Positions 1 to 8,432 of a stretch of 64,000 nt of DNA are shown here, in pieces. The translations under genes were made by a program, and so were the position numbers. The notes beneath the pieces are model-generated. The model was given only the letters and a program-made list of their open reading frames with translations. It did not search any database and had not been told where the DNA came from. The stretch is from Clostridia bacterium (GTDB lineage Bacteria; Bacillota; Clostridia; Christensenellales; UBA1242). The stretch spans positions 31,577 to 95,576 of the forward strand of contig JAGBFI010000016.1 of NCBI GenBank assembly GCA_017936585.1. Direction: 5' to 3'. Within the stretch, counting starts at the first letter, position 1. The number at the start of each line of letters is the position of its first letter.

Positions 1-1
1 A

Positions 2-172
2 CCAGAAACAAAATTCCAAGAGGCGAGAACTTATGACCCAGCAGCGGCAAAGCAAGAGCCAATTCATGTGCAAAAAACTGTTGTCAACACAGAGAAAAAA
101 GTTGGCAGAAACGACCCATGTCCATGCGGAAGCGGCAAAAAATACAAAAACTGCTGCGGGAAAAATGAATAG
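2..172 (+). CDS. secA: SecA preprotein translocase, C-terminal fragment (5' end outside window)
   Basis: The frame starting at nt 2 is open from the window edge and ends ...[26 protein letters not shown]. This is the SEC-C zinc-binding tail that terminates SecA. Stop is TAG 170-172. The track ORF 33..227 is in another frame. Confidence 0.85.
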   Translation, partial: PETKFQEARTYDPAAAKQEPIHVQKTVVNTEKKVGRNDPCPCGSGKKYKNCCGKNE

Positions 173-210
173 GAGAGAAAAAAGCTTTAAAAAACAAAAG
201 CGAAAATTTT

Positions 211-591
211 ATGACGAAATATTATAGCATCGACACAACCTTGAAGGTTGATGGAAAATATTTGACAACCATCTATGCAGCTCAATGGTGGTCAAAAAAA
301 ATTGGATTGATTGAGCCGCAAAAAAAGTTCTTCGAAAACTGCCTTGCGATGAATGCGACAAAAATTTTGGACAGGGGGATGAGGAAGGTGGATTTCAAAA
401 CGGATTGCTTTGGAAGGCCAAATCAAGTGGTTAAAGATGCCATCATGGAAACTGAGACTGCAACAAAAACAGAAATTTTGAAGGGCGGCAATTTGAACTT
501 CGCAAACGCCGAAACCTCAATCAAAAGAAAATCGGTTGTGTTTGAACTTGAAAAAGTAAAGAACATAGAGTCAGACAGAGAAATCAGATAA
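211..591 (+). CDS. hypothetical protein (126 aa)
   Basis: ATG-initiated ORF 39 nt after the secA stop, followed by a terminator hairpin at 615-637. I recognise no motif. Confidence 0.45.
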   Translation: MTKYYSIDTTLKVDGKYLTTIYAAQWWSKKIGLIEPQKKFFENCLAMNATKILDRGMRKVDFKTDCFGRPNQVVKDAIMETETATKTEILKGGNLNFANAETSIKRKSVVFELEKVKNIESDREIR

Positions 592-614
592 ACTTATGAA
601 AAATACTGAAAAAA

Positions 615-637
615 GCGCCAAAACATGGCGTTTTTTT
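615..637 (+). terminator. rho-independent terminator
   Basis: Stem CGCCA / TGGCG with loop AAACA, followed by T7 (631-637). Confidence 0.6.
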
Positions 638-657
638 GTTGGGGAAAGGCAAAATGC

Positions 658-686
658 TTGACAAAAAAGTTTTTATATGTTATATT
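658..686 (+). promoter_or_regulatory. sigma-A type promoter of rpsF-ssb-rpsR
   Basis: TTGACA (658-663), 17-nt spacer, TATATT (681-686). About 80 nt upstream of the rpsF ATG. Confidence 0.6.
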
Positions 687-765
687 AGCGTAGCAGTAAA
701 AATACTGTCCTTGTCCTTGAAACATTTGATTTTAAGGACCATCAGTCCAAAAGGAGGTAAAAAAG

Positions 766-1047
766 ATGAACAGATATGAACTTATGTTTATCATTGCTGG
801 AGACGCATCTGAAGAAAAGCGTGAAGAGCTTATTGCAAAGCAAAAAGCATACATCGAAGCGCACAAAGGTGCTGTTGAAGGCATTGAAAAAATTGGCATG
901 AAAAAGTTTGCATATCCAATCGACTTCAAAAACGAAGGTTTCTATGTTTTGATGAACATCCAACTTGACCCTAAAGAAGTTGACGCAATGAGCAAGCTCA
1001 TGACAATCACAGATGGAATTGTCCGTCAAATGTTCGTGAAGAAATAA
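766..1047 (+). CDS. rpsF: 30S ribosomal protein S6
   Basis: 93 aa, MNRYELMFII...KIGMKKFAYPI..., typical S6 sequence. AGGAGG RBS at 752-757. Canonical rpsF-ssb-rpsR order. Confidence 0.95.
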   Translation: MNRYELMFIIAGDASEEKREELIAKQKAYIEAHKGAVEGIEKIGMKKFAYPIDFKNEGFYVLMNIQLDPKEVDAMSKLMTITDGIVRQMFVKK

Positions 1048-1097
1048 GATTCTTCAGTCCGATTTTGCATAGGATGCAAATTTAAAAGGGGAAAATT

Positions 1098-1520
1098 ATG
1101 AATAAAGTTGTTTTAATTGGAAATTTGACCAGAGACCCAGAACTTCAAACCACAAACAGTGGTGTTTCAGTTTGCAGATTCTCTCTTGCAGTGACAAGAA
1201 GATTTGCAAATGCTGAAGGAGACCGCGAAGCAGATTTCATCAACATCACAGTTTGGAGAAATCAAGCAGAAAACTGCCATAAATATTTGAAGAAGGGTTC
1301 AAAGTGCGCAGTTGTTGGAAGAATCCAAACATCAAGTTATGACGCACCAGACGGCTCAAAGAGATACACAACAGACGTTGTTGCTGATGAAGTTGAATTC
1401 ATCGGTTCAAGAAACAACAGTGAAGGCGGAGAAGAATCATACTCTGCACCAGCTGAAAAGCCAAAAGCAAAGCAAACTGCAGAACTCGAAGAAATTGACG
1501 ATGACAGTTTGCCATTCTAA
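1098..1520 (+). CDS. ssb: single-stranded DNA-binding protein
   Basis: 140 aa. OB-fold N-terminus [17 protein letters not shown], Gly/Glu-rich linker, acidic tip DDDSLPF. Confidence 0.95.
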   Translation: MNKVVLIGNLTRDPELQTTNSGVSVCRFSLAVTRRFANAEGDREADFINITVWRNQAENCHKYLKKGSKCAVVGRIQTSSYDAPDGSKRYTTDVVADEVEFIGSRNNSEGGEESYSAPAEKPKAKQTAELEEIDDDSLPF

Positions 1521-1533
1521 AAAAGGAGAAATT

Positions 1534-1794
1534 ATGAGCGAAGTAGTTAAGGCCGAAGAAAAGGTTGTAAAGAAATATCGTAAGCCAGCAAAAAAGAAAG
1601 TTTGTGCTTTCTGCGTTGCAGGCGAAAAGACAATTGACTATAAAGATGTTGCCAAAATCAGAAAATACGTGACTGAAAAAGGCAAAATTTTGCCAAGACG
1701 TCAAACAGGCGTTTGCTCTTATCATCAAAGAGAACTTTCAAATGCAATCAAAAGAGCAAGAAACATGGCACTTCTTCCATATGTTGGAGATTAA
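1534..1794 (+). CDS. rpsR: 30S ribosomal protein S18
   Basis: Start ATG 1534 after AAAGGAG. 86 aa with CAFC...IDYKD...[31 protein letters not shown]. The longer track ORF (1312..) overlaps ssb and is not used. Confidence 0.95.
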   Translation: MSEVVKAEEKVVKKYRKPAKKKVCAFCVAGEKTIDYKDVAKIRKYVTEKGKILPRRQTGVCSYHQRELSNAIKRARNMALLPYVGD

Positions 1795-1811
1795 TTAAAA
1801 GGAGAAAGGAA

Positions 1812-2018
1812 ATGAGAGAAGGAATTCACCCAAATTATCATGAAGTAACTGTTGTTTGTGCTTGTGGAAATACTTTCAAATCTGGCTCTTGCGTTAAAGG
1901 TGACACAATCAAAGTTGATATTTGCAACAAATGCCATCCTTTCTACACAGGAAAGAAGAAGGTTGTTGACTCAAGTGGTACAGTTGAAAACTTCAAGAAA
2001 AAATATAATCTTGACTAA
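1812..2018 (+). CDS. rpmE: 50S ribosomal protein L31
   Basis: Start ATG 1812 after AAAGGAGAAAGG. 68 aa, [16 protein letters not shown]...[11 protein letters not shown] (zinc-ribbon type L31). Confidence 0.95.
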   Translation: MREGIHPNYHEVTVVCACGNTFKSGSCVKGDTIKVDICNKCHPFYTGKKKVVDSSGTVENFKKKYNLD

Positions 2019-2048
2019 TTCAAACTGAAAGTCAAAAAAAGAAAAAAT

Positions 2049-2071
2049 CAGCCGTTTTGGCTGTTTTTTTT
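2049..2071 (+). terminator. rho-independent terminator after rpmE
   Basis: Stem CAGCC / GGCTG with loop GTTTT, followed by T8. Confidence 0.7.
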
Positions 2072-2132
2072 ATTGCCAAAAATTGGGTCAAAGAAAAATT
2101 GATTTTTTACATTTGAAAATTTTTTAAAATGG

Positions 2133-3860
2133 TTGTTGTGTGGCAATAATTGTGACATGGACAGATATGTTTTTCCAACTTCAAACGGCGTTGTCGTGCA
2201 TTCGGATGGCAAAAAGGTGTTTTCGGCAGTTCATTGTGATGGGCAAAAGAAACTTCAAAGTTTTCCCGAAAAGAACAAGGTTGTCTTTTGGCATTTTCCA
2301 TTCATGAGGGGATTGCAATACTTTTTTTGCGGAATTGCTGCTATGCTTTCTGCATTGATTTTGTCCCATGATTTGTGTGGCGGAACAAAGGTCAAAAAAG
2401 AGGAATTAAAGAGTTTTTATCACAAACAACTTACTATTTTGATTGCGGTTTTTGCGGGAGCTGTTGTGTTTGCCAGTTTGGCTCTAGGGGTTCTTCCTGG
2501 CAAACTGGGATGGCTTGCGGTTGGAGTTGAAGGGAACGCATATCCTAGAAATTTGGTGGTTTTGGGCTTAAAAATTGCAAATTTTTATGTTTTTTTGCTG
2601 TTTTTTCGATGTTTTCCGGTTGTGAACGAACTTTTCAGGTTTAACAGAGCGGCGGATATTGCCATGATATGCGGCGATTTTTTCAAGAGCAAAAAGAAAT
2701 CTTGTCCACCAAGGCCGCTAAATTTTTTGAATTTTCTTGTTTTTGTTTTCGTTTTGGATTTTATTGTGGTAACATTGATTGGAGCAAGCTTCGGCTTTTG
2801 GTTTAATCTCATCTTCCACATCTGCATTCTGATTGTTTGCATAAGTGTGGGGTATGAAATTTTAAGTCTTATTTCAAACTGTAAGTGGCTGAGGTGGATT
2901 GCGTATGGCACCTGCGTTTTGGTGTATGAAAAACCCTCAATCACGCATATTGAAACAGCGCTTGTGGCGTTGACAGAGATGGGTTTGCTGACAACACAAA
3001 AAGGAAGAGAATTTATGGGAGAACAAAATCACGCGTTTTCGGTGGTTTATAACGAAGTTAAAAACAAACTTGCTGCCGCTGGCGTGAACGACAAAAGCGA
3101 AACTGACTGGTTGATTGCCACAATTTTGGGTAAGAATCGTGTAGAAATCAAGTTGGTTTCGGCGGTGACCGACAAACAATATCAAGACATCATGAAGGCG
3201 GCTCAGCGCAGGGCAAAAGGTGAGAGTTTGGACAACATTTTTGGATACACTGAATTCTATGGCCTACGCTTTGATGTAAACAAAAAGGTGTTGACACCGC
3301 GCATGGAGACGGAGATTTTGGTTGAGCAGGTTTTGAAAGCACAAAAAGGATTTAAGGAAGCAAAAATTTTGGATCTTGGCACTGGCTCGGGAGCAATTGC
3401 TGTGTCGATTGCAAAAAATTCCGATGCAAAAGTGACTGCTGTGGATGTAAGCAAAAGTGCACTTCTGGTTGCCGAGGGAAATGCCAAGAAAAATGATGTG
3501 AAGGTGGAATTTTTGCATTCAAATCTATTTGACGGGTTGAAAAGAAAGAAAAAGTTTGATATAATAGTGTCAAATCCACCATATATTGCAAGCGACGACA
3601 TCAAAAAATTGGACAAAAACGTGCGAGAGTGTGACCCCGTTCTTGCGCTTGACGGTGGAGAGGATGGTTTGGATTTCTATCGTGCAATCATTCCAGCGGC
3701 AACAAAAAAGTTGACAAGCGAGGGAATGCTGTTCTTTGAAATTGGAAAAGGACAGGGGGCGCAAGTGAGAAAACTTATGCGTGAAAGCGGGTTTGAAGAA
3801 ATCAAAACAATCAAAGATTACAACAAAATTGAAAGGGTGATTTGTGGAAAATATAGGTAA
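2133..3860 (+). CDS. prmC: fusion protein: DUF1385-type membrane domain + release-factor glutamine N5-methyltransferase PrmC
   Basis: One 575-aa ORF. The N-terminal ~290 aa are polytopic and hydrophobic, with a DUF1385-like start (NGVVVHSDGKKVFSAV...FPFMRGL). The C-terminal ~275 aa carry the PrmC/HemK motifs ILDLGTGSGAIAV and IVSNPPYI. The start may be ATG 2157 instead. Confidence 0.8.
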   Translation: MLCGNNCDMDRYVFPTSNGVVVHSDGKKVFSAVHCDGQKKLQSFPEKNKVVFWHFPFMRGLQYFFCGIAAMLSALILSHDLCGGTKVKKEELKSFYHKQLTILIAVFAGAVVFASLALGVLPGKLGWLAVGVEGNAYPRNLVVLGLKIANFYVFLLFFRCFPVVNELFRFNRAADIAMICGDFFKSKKKSCPPRPLNFLNFLVFVFVLDFIVVTLIGASFGFWFNLIFHICILIVCISVGYEILSLISNCKWLRWIAYGTCVLVYEKPSITHIETALVALTEMGLLTTQKGREFMGEQNHAFSVVYNEVKNKLAAAGVNDKSETDWLIATILGKNRVEIKLVSAVTDKQYQDIMKAAQRRAKGESLDNIFGYTEFYGLRFDVNKKVLTPRMETEILVEQVLKAQKGFKEAKILDLGTGSGAIAVSIAKNSDAKVTAVDVSKSALLVAEGNAKKNDVKVEFLHSNLFDGLKRKKKFDIIVSNPPYIASDDIKKLDKNVRECDPVLALDGGEDGLDFYRAIIPAATKKLTSEGMLFFEIGKGQGAQVRKLMRESGFEEIKTIKDYNKIERVICGKYR

Positions 3861-4938
3861 GGATTATTTGCAAAAGACGGAAAAATCGAGAGCAAGGTTT
3901 GATGAACTCACAGGCCTTATTTCTCGTCCGGAAATTATTGCAGACAACAGAGAGTGGAAAAAATTGGTGAAAGAGCGTTCTTCACTGGAAGAACTTGCAA
4001 ACGCTCATGAACAACTTTCTGAGTTTGTCAGAAATTTGGAAGGGTGTGAAAAGGATTTGGCGGAAGAGAACGATGTTGAGATGAAAACTCTTTTTGAGGC
4101 TGAGATTGAAGTCTTAAATGAAAAAATTGAAGCAAAGGTTGAAGAAATCAAAATTTTGCTGCTCCCAAAGGACGAAAATGATGATAGCAACGCAATTGTG
4201 GAAATTCGTTCGGCTGCGGGTGGTGATGAGAGTGCTCTTTTTTGTTTGGAACTTTGCAGAATGTATTCGCACTATGCTGAAAAACGCCACTGGAAAGTGG
4301 AATATATCGAAATGAACGAAACTGAAATTGGTGGAATCAAAGATGCAACATTGATGATTAAGGGCAAGGGTGCGTTTGCGAGAATGAAATATGAAAGTGG
4401 CGTGCACCGTGTTCAACGTGTGCCAGAGACGGAAAGTCAGGGGCGTATTCACACCTCAACATCCACAGTTGCCGTTCTTCCAGAAGTTGAGGAAATCGAC
4501 TTTGAAATTCTGGACAGCGACCTTCGAATTGATACATATCATTCTGGCGGGGCTGGCGGACAGAATGTCAATAAAGTTGAAACAGCAATTCGAATCACAT
4601 ACATGCCACTTAACATTGTGGTGACCTGTCAAGATGAACGTTCTCAGCTCAAGAACAAGGAAAAGGCTTTCAACATTCTCAAAGCAAAACTTTATGACTA
4701 TTATGAAGAGCTGCGTAACAGCGAATATGAAGCAAACCGCAAAAGTCAAGTGGGCAGAGGAAACAGAAATGAGCGTATCCGCACTTACAACTATCCTCAA
4801 GGGCGTGTGACAGACCATCGCACAAACCTTTCGTCATATGATTTGACAGGTGTTTTGAATGGCAATTTGGACGAATTCATTGACGCGATGATTTTGAAAG
4901 AACGCACAGAACTTCTTGAAAACTATGGACAAAACTAA
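3844..4938 (+). CDS. prfA: peptide chain release factor 1
   Basis: RF1 tripeptide PET (RVQRVPETESQGRIHTS) and GGQ motif (HSGGAGGQNVNKVETAIRITY). GTG 3844 overlaps prmC by 17 nt. TTG 3868 is an alternative start. Confidence 0.95.
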   Translation: MENIGKDYLQKTEKSRARFDELTGLISRPEIIADNREWKKLVKERSSLEELANAHEQLSEFVRNLEGCEKDLAEENDVEMKTLFEAEIEVLNEKIEAKVEEIKILLLPKDENDDSNAIVEIRSAAGGDESALFCLELCRMYSHYAEKRHWKVEYIEMNETEIGGIKDATLMIKGKGAFARMKYESGVHRVQRVPETESQGRIHTSTSTVAVLPEVEEIDFEILDSDLRIDTYHSGGAGGQNVNKVETAIRITYMPLNIVVTCQDERSQLKNKEKAFNILKAKLYDYYEELRNSEYEANRKSQVGRGNRNERIRTYNYPQGRVTDHRTNLSSYDLTGVLNGNLDEFIDAMILKERTELLENYGQN

Positions 4939-4947
4939 AACAAAAAA

Positions 4948-4986
4948 AGGCAAACTTGAAAACTCAAATTGCCTTTTTTGTTTTTT
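4948..4986 (+). terminator. rho-independent terminator after prfA
   Basis: Stem GGCAA / TTGCC with a long loop, followed by a T-rich run (TTTTTTGTTTTTT). Confidence 0.55.
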
Positions 4987-5100
4987 GAATTAAATTGTCA
5001 AATTTTCAGTGTCATTGATTGGTGTTTTATGCGATTAAGCTAAAAATTTTATGAACTGTGGAAGCAGAGCCGTGAAAGCGTGGAATTCAAAAGTTTGGGA

Positions 5101-5277
5101 TTAAATCAAATTTCCAAAGCAACGACAGCCACAAGATGAGAAGTTTGAATTATTGTTGTTTGCGTTTGACAAACCTAAGAGAAGCAGAAGTAAGATGTTT
5201 GTGTTTGTTGCAAGATTGGTGTCGTTTGAAGAGCTTAAAACTGAAAGCAAAAATACCAGCAAAAATTCTTGTGTCAT
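5101..5277 (-). CDS. small hydrophobic peptide with Cys-rich C-terminus (58 aa), hypothetical
   Basis: ATG 5277 sits 7 nt after a strong AAAGGAGG RBS. Product is MTQEFLLVFLLSVLSSSNDTNLATNTNILLLLLLGLSNANNNNSNFSSCGCRCFGNLI. Divergent from the ArsR gene. I found no convincing promoter. Confidence 0.3.
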   Translation of the reverse strand: MTQEFLLVFLLSVLSSSNDTNLATNTNILLLLLLGLSNANNNNSNFSSCGCRCFGNLI

Positions 5278-5442
5278 GAAGATTCCTCCTTTTTCAACAA
5301 ATTCTTCCAAAATAAGTGGCAAAGTTTAAGTTCTAACTTTGACTTTTTCTCTTTTGTTTGGCAAAATAAATTGTGTAACTTGTTTGACTATTTATATCTA
5401 TGAGCTTGGGTGCGAAAATGTGACAAAAAGTGAGGATTTTTT

Positions 5443-5784
5443 ATGAATAAATTGCTTAGAATTTCAGAAAGAAACAAATTTGAGGTGCAAGATTTGCTTC
5501 CAAGTGACGATTGCACAAACAAATTGGCGATGTTTTTTCAGAACTTTTCTGACCAAACTCGAATTAAAATTCTGTCGGCGCTTGCCATCAAGGACCTTTG
5601 TGTCAATGACCTTTCAAAGATTTTGGATATCAATCAGACGACAATTTCTCACCAGCTTAAAACGTTGAAGGACCAAGATTTGGTGGATTATAGACGCGAG
5701 GGGAAGATTTTGATTTATCGATTGAAATCATCAAATGTAAACGAAATGATGATGTATGCGGTCAAGGGCCTTGTCGTGATGTGA
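5443..5784 (+). CDS. ArsR/SmtB family transcriptional regulator
   Basis: 113 aa. Winged-helix core FFQNFSDQTRIKILSAL..DLCVNDLSKILDINQTTISHQLKTLKDQDLV..RREGK..IY is typical of ArsR/SmtB metal sensors. Confidence 0.85.
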   Translation: MNKLLRISERNKFEVQDLLPSDDCTNKLAMFFQNFSDQTRIKILSALAIKDLCVNDLSKILDINQTTISHQLKTLKDQDLVDYRREGKILIYRLKSSNVNEMMMYAVKGLVVM

Positions 5785-5858
5785 CAAAGAAGGCTTGCTC
5801 TCGAAAAAGCCGGCGTTTTAAGTTGACAACAAAGGAAAAGTTCGCTAAAATAAAAAGC

Positions 5859-6398
5859 ATGAAAAAAATGCTTTTACATTCTTGTTGTGGACCATGCTCC
5901 ACAGTTGTGATTGAGAGATTGAAGGATGATTATGACTTGACCATCTTTTATTGCAACCCAAACATTGAACCTCTTGAAGAATATGAGAAGCGCAAGGTCG
6001 AACAGCAGAAGGTGTGCAGCATAATGGCTGTGCCTTTTTTGGATTTTGACTATGACAACGCTGGCTGGAGAAAGTTTGTTGAGGGGCTTGAAAATGAAAA
6101 AGAAGGTGAAGCGCGCTGCACAAAATGTTTTCAATTTCGACTGCTGAAAACTGCAGAGTTTGCCAAGAAAAACGGCTTTGAAATTTTCGCAAGTACGCTT
6201 TCCGTCAGTCCTCACAAAAACACAAATGTCATCAATGAGGTTGGCAATGAGATTTCAAAAAAGTTTGAAATTGAATTTTTGCCGGAGAGCTTCAAAAAGA
6301 AGGACGGCTATTTGCGCAGCATAAATTTGTCAAAAGAATTTGATTTATACAGACAGAATTATTGTGGATGTTTGTTTTCAAAAAGGAGTGAAGATTGA
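5859..6398 (+). CDS. queH: epoxyqueuosine reductase QueH (DUF208)
   Basis: MKKMLLHSCCGPCS..., CTKCFQFRL, SVSPHKN, YRQNYCGCLFS are QueH/DUF208 signature cysteines. Start ATG 5859 is preferred over track start 5781. Confidence 0.85.
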   Translation: MKKMLLHSCCGPCSTVVIERLKDDYDLTIFYCNPNIEPLEEYEKRKVEQQKVCSIMAVPFLDFDYDNAGWRKFVEGLENEKEGEARCTKCFQFRLLKTAEFAKKNGFEIFASTLSVSPHKNTNVINEVGNEISKKFEIEFLPESFKKKDGYLRSINLSKEFDLYRQNYCGCLFSKRSED

Positions 6399-7294
6399 AC
6401 AATTTTAACGAAGAGTTTATTCAATATGACGACAAAAAGGCAAAAAGTGAGACAAAAAGTCTGACTTGGTATCTTTTTTCGCGCATAACTCTCTATATCG
6501 CCATCCTTTTTCTTGGAATTTTCTTCGCTTGGTACACTGTTTTCATCTCAACACACAGTTTTTATGCTGTTGAAGGGCCTTCAATGATGCAAGCACTCAA
6601 CTCCAAAATCACTGATGAAGAACTTCTGACTCTCCCAACTGAACAGTTGCAGAAGATTTCATATGACGCGGTATATGTTGACAGAGTGACAAAAAAGCCA
6701 CAGATTTATGACATGGTTGTCATTCAAAAATCAAGCGGCGAAAATGTCATCAAAAGGCTGATGGCACAGGAAGGCGACTATGTGACGATTGCCAAAAGCA
6801 AGACGGCGGGTGGAGAGGATTGTTTGCAGTTCTATCGCATCCCAAAAGAAGCTGACCTTACGTCATTTACGGATGAAGATGCCAAAGTGGATGAGGTTTC
6901 GGGAGAGAATGGGTATTCAATTCGAAGCCAAACTGAATGGCTGCAAGATTCAACTTTGAAGGCTGCAAGCTTGAATGGTGCTGCATCAAATGCATATTGT
7001 CAAAAGTTTTACAACGCTTTTCTTGACGACATTTTTTATTCCAACGGAGCGGATGGATATGAACACCATGTTTCTTCAAACGGACTTGTGTATGTGAAGG
7101 TGCCAGAAGGAAAATGTTTCTATCTTGGCGACAACAGAGCGTATAGTGCGGACTCTCGCGAAACCGGCTTTGCAAGTGCAAGTTCCATCGTTGGCAGAGC
7201 GGAATTTATTGTGTATGACTACAACTTTGGAAATCGACTTTTGGAAGTGGTGAAATTTTATTTTAGCGAAATGCAGAAATTTTTTGCAAGATAG
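6395..7294 (+). CDS. lepB: signal peptidase I (S26 family)
   Basis: N-terminal TM helix, catalytic Ser box VEGPSM, Lys box VIKRLMAQEGD, and GDNRAYSADSR. TTG start overlaps the queH stop. At 299 aa it is long for the family. Confidence 0.85.
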   Translation: MNNFNEEFIQYDDKKAKSETKSLTWYLFSRITLYIAILFLGIFFAWYTVFISTHSFYAVEGPSMMQALNSKITDEELLTLPTEQLQKISYDAVYVDRVTKKPQIYDMVVIQKSSGENVIKRLMAQEGDYVTIAKSKTAGGEDCLQFYRIPKEADLTSFTDEDAKVDEVSGENGYSIRSQTEWLQDSTLKAASLNGAASNAYCQKFYNAFLDDIFYSNGADGYEHHVSSNGLVYVKVPEGKCFYLGDNRAYSADSRETGFASASSIVGRAEFIVYDYNFGNRLLEVVKFYFSEMQKFFAR

Positions 7295-7379
7295 TGCAAA
7301 TCATTTGCCAGAGGCCCCTAAAATATGTTAATATAAGGGTAGCATAAGATATGCAAAAAATCATCAAAAGGAGAAAAGT

Positions 7380-7655
7380 ATGAATAAAGGTGAATTCATC
7401 AAAGCGGTTGCTGAAAAAGCAAATTGCACACAGAAAGACGCAGGAGTTGTTTTCGACGCAGTTCTCGACACAATTGTTTGCGTACTTAAAAAAGGAGAGA
7501 AAATTCAAATCCCTGGATTCGGTTCTTACGAACTCGCTTCTAAGGCTGCGACAACAAAAATTAATCCTTTGACAAAGAAAACTGTTAAAGTTGCTGCTTG
7601 CAAAGTGCCTAAATTTAAATTTGGCAAAAGCTTCAAAGCAATCTTCAACGCTTAA
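7380..7655 (+). CDS. hup: DNA-binding protein HU
   Basis: 91 aa, MNKGEFIKAVAEKA...VQIPGFGSYE...INPLTKK..KV.A.KVPKFKFGK, canonical HU/IHF fold sequence. Confidence 0.95.
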   Translation: MNKGEFIKAVAEKANCTQKDAGVVFDAVLDTIVCVLKKGEKIQIPGFGSYELASKAATTKINPLTKKTVKVAACKVPKFKFGKSFKAIFNA

Positions 7656-7684
7656 TCTTTTGAGATTGAAAAAAGCACCCTCTT

Positions 7685-7712
7685 TTGAGGGCGTTTTTTT
7701 TGTTGTTTATGA
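7685..7712. terminator. bidirectional terminator between hup and rubrerythrin
   Basis: Stem CCCTC / GAGGG flanked by an A-run upstream and T8 downstream. It lies between convergent genes. Confidence 0.7.
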
Positions 7713-7717
7713 AAAAC

Positions 7718-8332
7718 TCAGTCTTTCACCATTTCCAAATTGCGTAACTCTTTTTCCAAATCAATGATGATATATCCTTGTGTCATAGTGCAAAGAGGAC
7801 ACTCTTTCCAACCTTCTTTGTCCAGCTTCACATTGCCACAGTTGGAGCATTTCCACTCGGTTGGCTGGTTGCGTTTATACATTTTGTTGGATTTATAAAT
7901 AGTGCCGAGATATTGCAAAATCTTGTGGTGGGTGGCTTCCACATTTGCGACAAGCTGAAAACTGCGAGCGATCTCGTCAAAACCTTCGTCTTTGGCGATA
8001 CGGGCAAAACTTGGATATATGTTTGTTGCTTCCGCCTCTTCAATTTTGCTTTCTTCAAGCAAGCTGTTTCGAAGCTCGGAAACCTCGAAAGGATACCCCG
8101 CCTCAAATGAGATGTTTTTGACATTGCCACCGGACATTTCGATGATGTGGTCATAGAAAACTTTTGCATGAGCCATCTCGTTTTTAGCCAGAGTTTTCAT
8201 GGTGTCTGACAAAAACTTTTGCTGGTCGGCAAGGGCTTTTTTTGACATAAATTGATAGCGCGCTCCGGCTTGACATTCGGCGGCAAAAGAGCGAACCAAG
8301 TTTGTTTTTGTGGTGCTTTCGTTAAAATTCAT
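7718..8332 (-). CDS. rbr: rubrerythrin
   Basis: 204 aa. Ferritin-like diiron region (FAAECQAGARY...EMAHAKVFYD...EATHHK) plus a C-terminal rubredoxin-like CSNCG...CPLC. Confidence 0.85.
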   Translation of the reverse strand: MNFNESTTKTNLVRSFAAECQAGARYQFMSKKALADQQKFLSDTMKTLAKNEMAHAKVFYDHIIEMSGGNVKNISFEAGYPFEVSELRNSLLEESKIEEAEATNIYPSFARIAKDEGFDEIARSFQLVANVEATHHKILQYLGTIYKSNKMYKRNQPTEWKCSNCGNVKLDKEGWKECPLCTMTQGYIIIDLEKELRNLEMVKD

Positions 8333-8432
8333 AAATCTCTCCTTTTACAAAAAGAAATATTGCCCAAAATATCTTGTTTAAACATTTGCATTTTTCTGAT
8401 TTTTTGTTTAGAATAATATCAAGGAGAAAATT

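Noticed and set aside
33-227. Track ORF of 64 aa at the window start
   Set aside because: A different frame of the same DNA encodes the unmistakable SecA SEC-C zinc tail ending at 172. The 33..227 product is Lys/Arg-rich noise and overlaps the next gene's start.
1312-2018. Long N-terminal extensions of the rpsR (1312..) and rpmE (1713..) track ORFs
   Set aside because: The extensions overlap ssb and rpsR respectively, in other frames. Internal ATGs at 1534 and 1812 have proper RBSs and give canonical-length S18 and L31.
3844-4938. Programmed +1 frameshift of the release-factor gene
   Set aside because: The gene is RF1 (PET tripeptide), not RF2. The frame is continuous, with no internal CUU UGA site.
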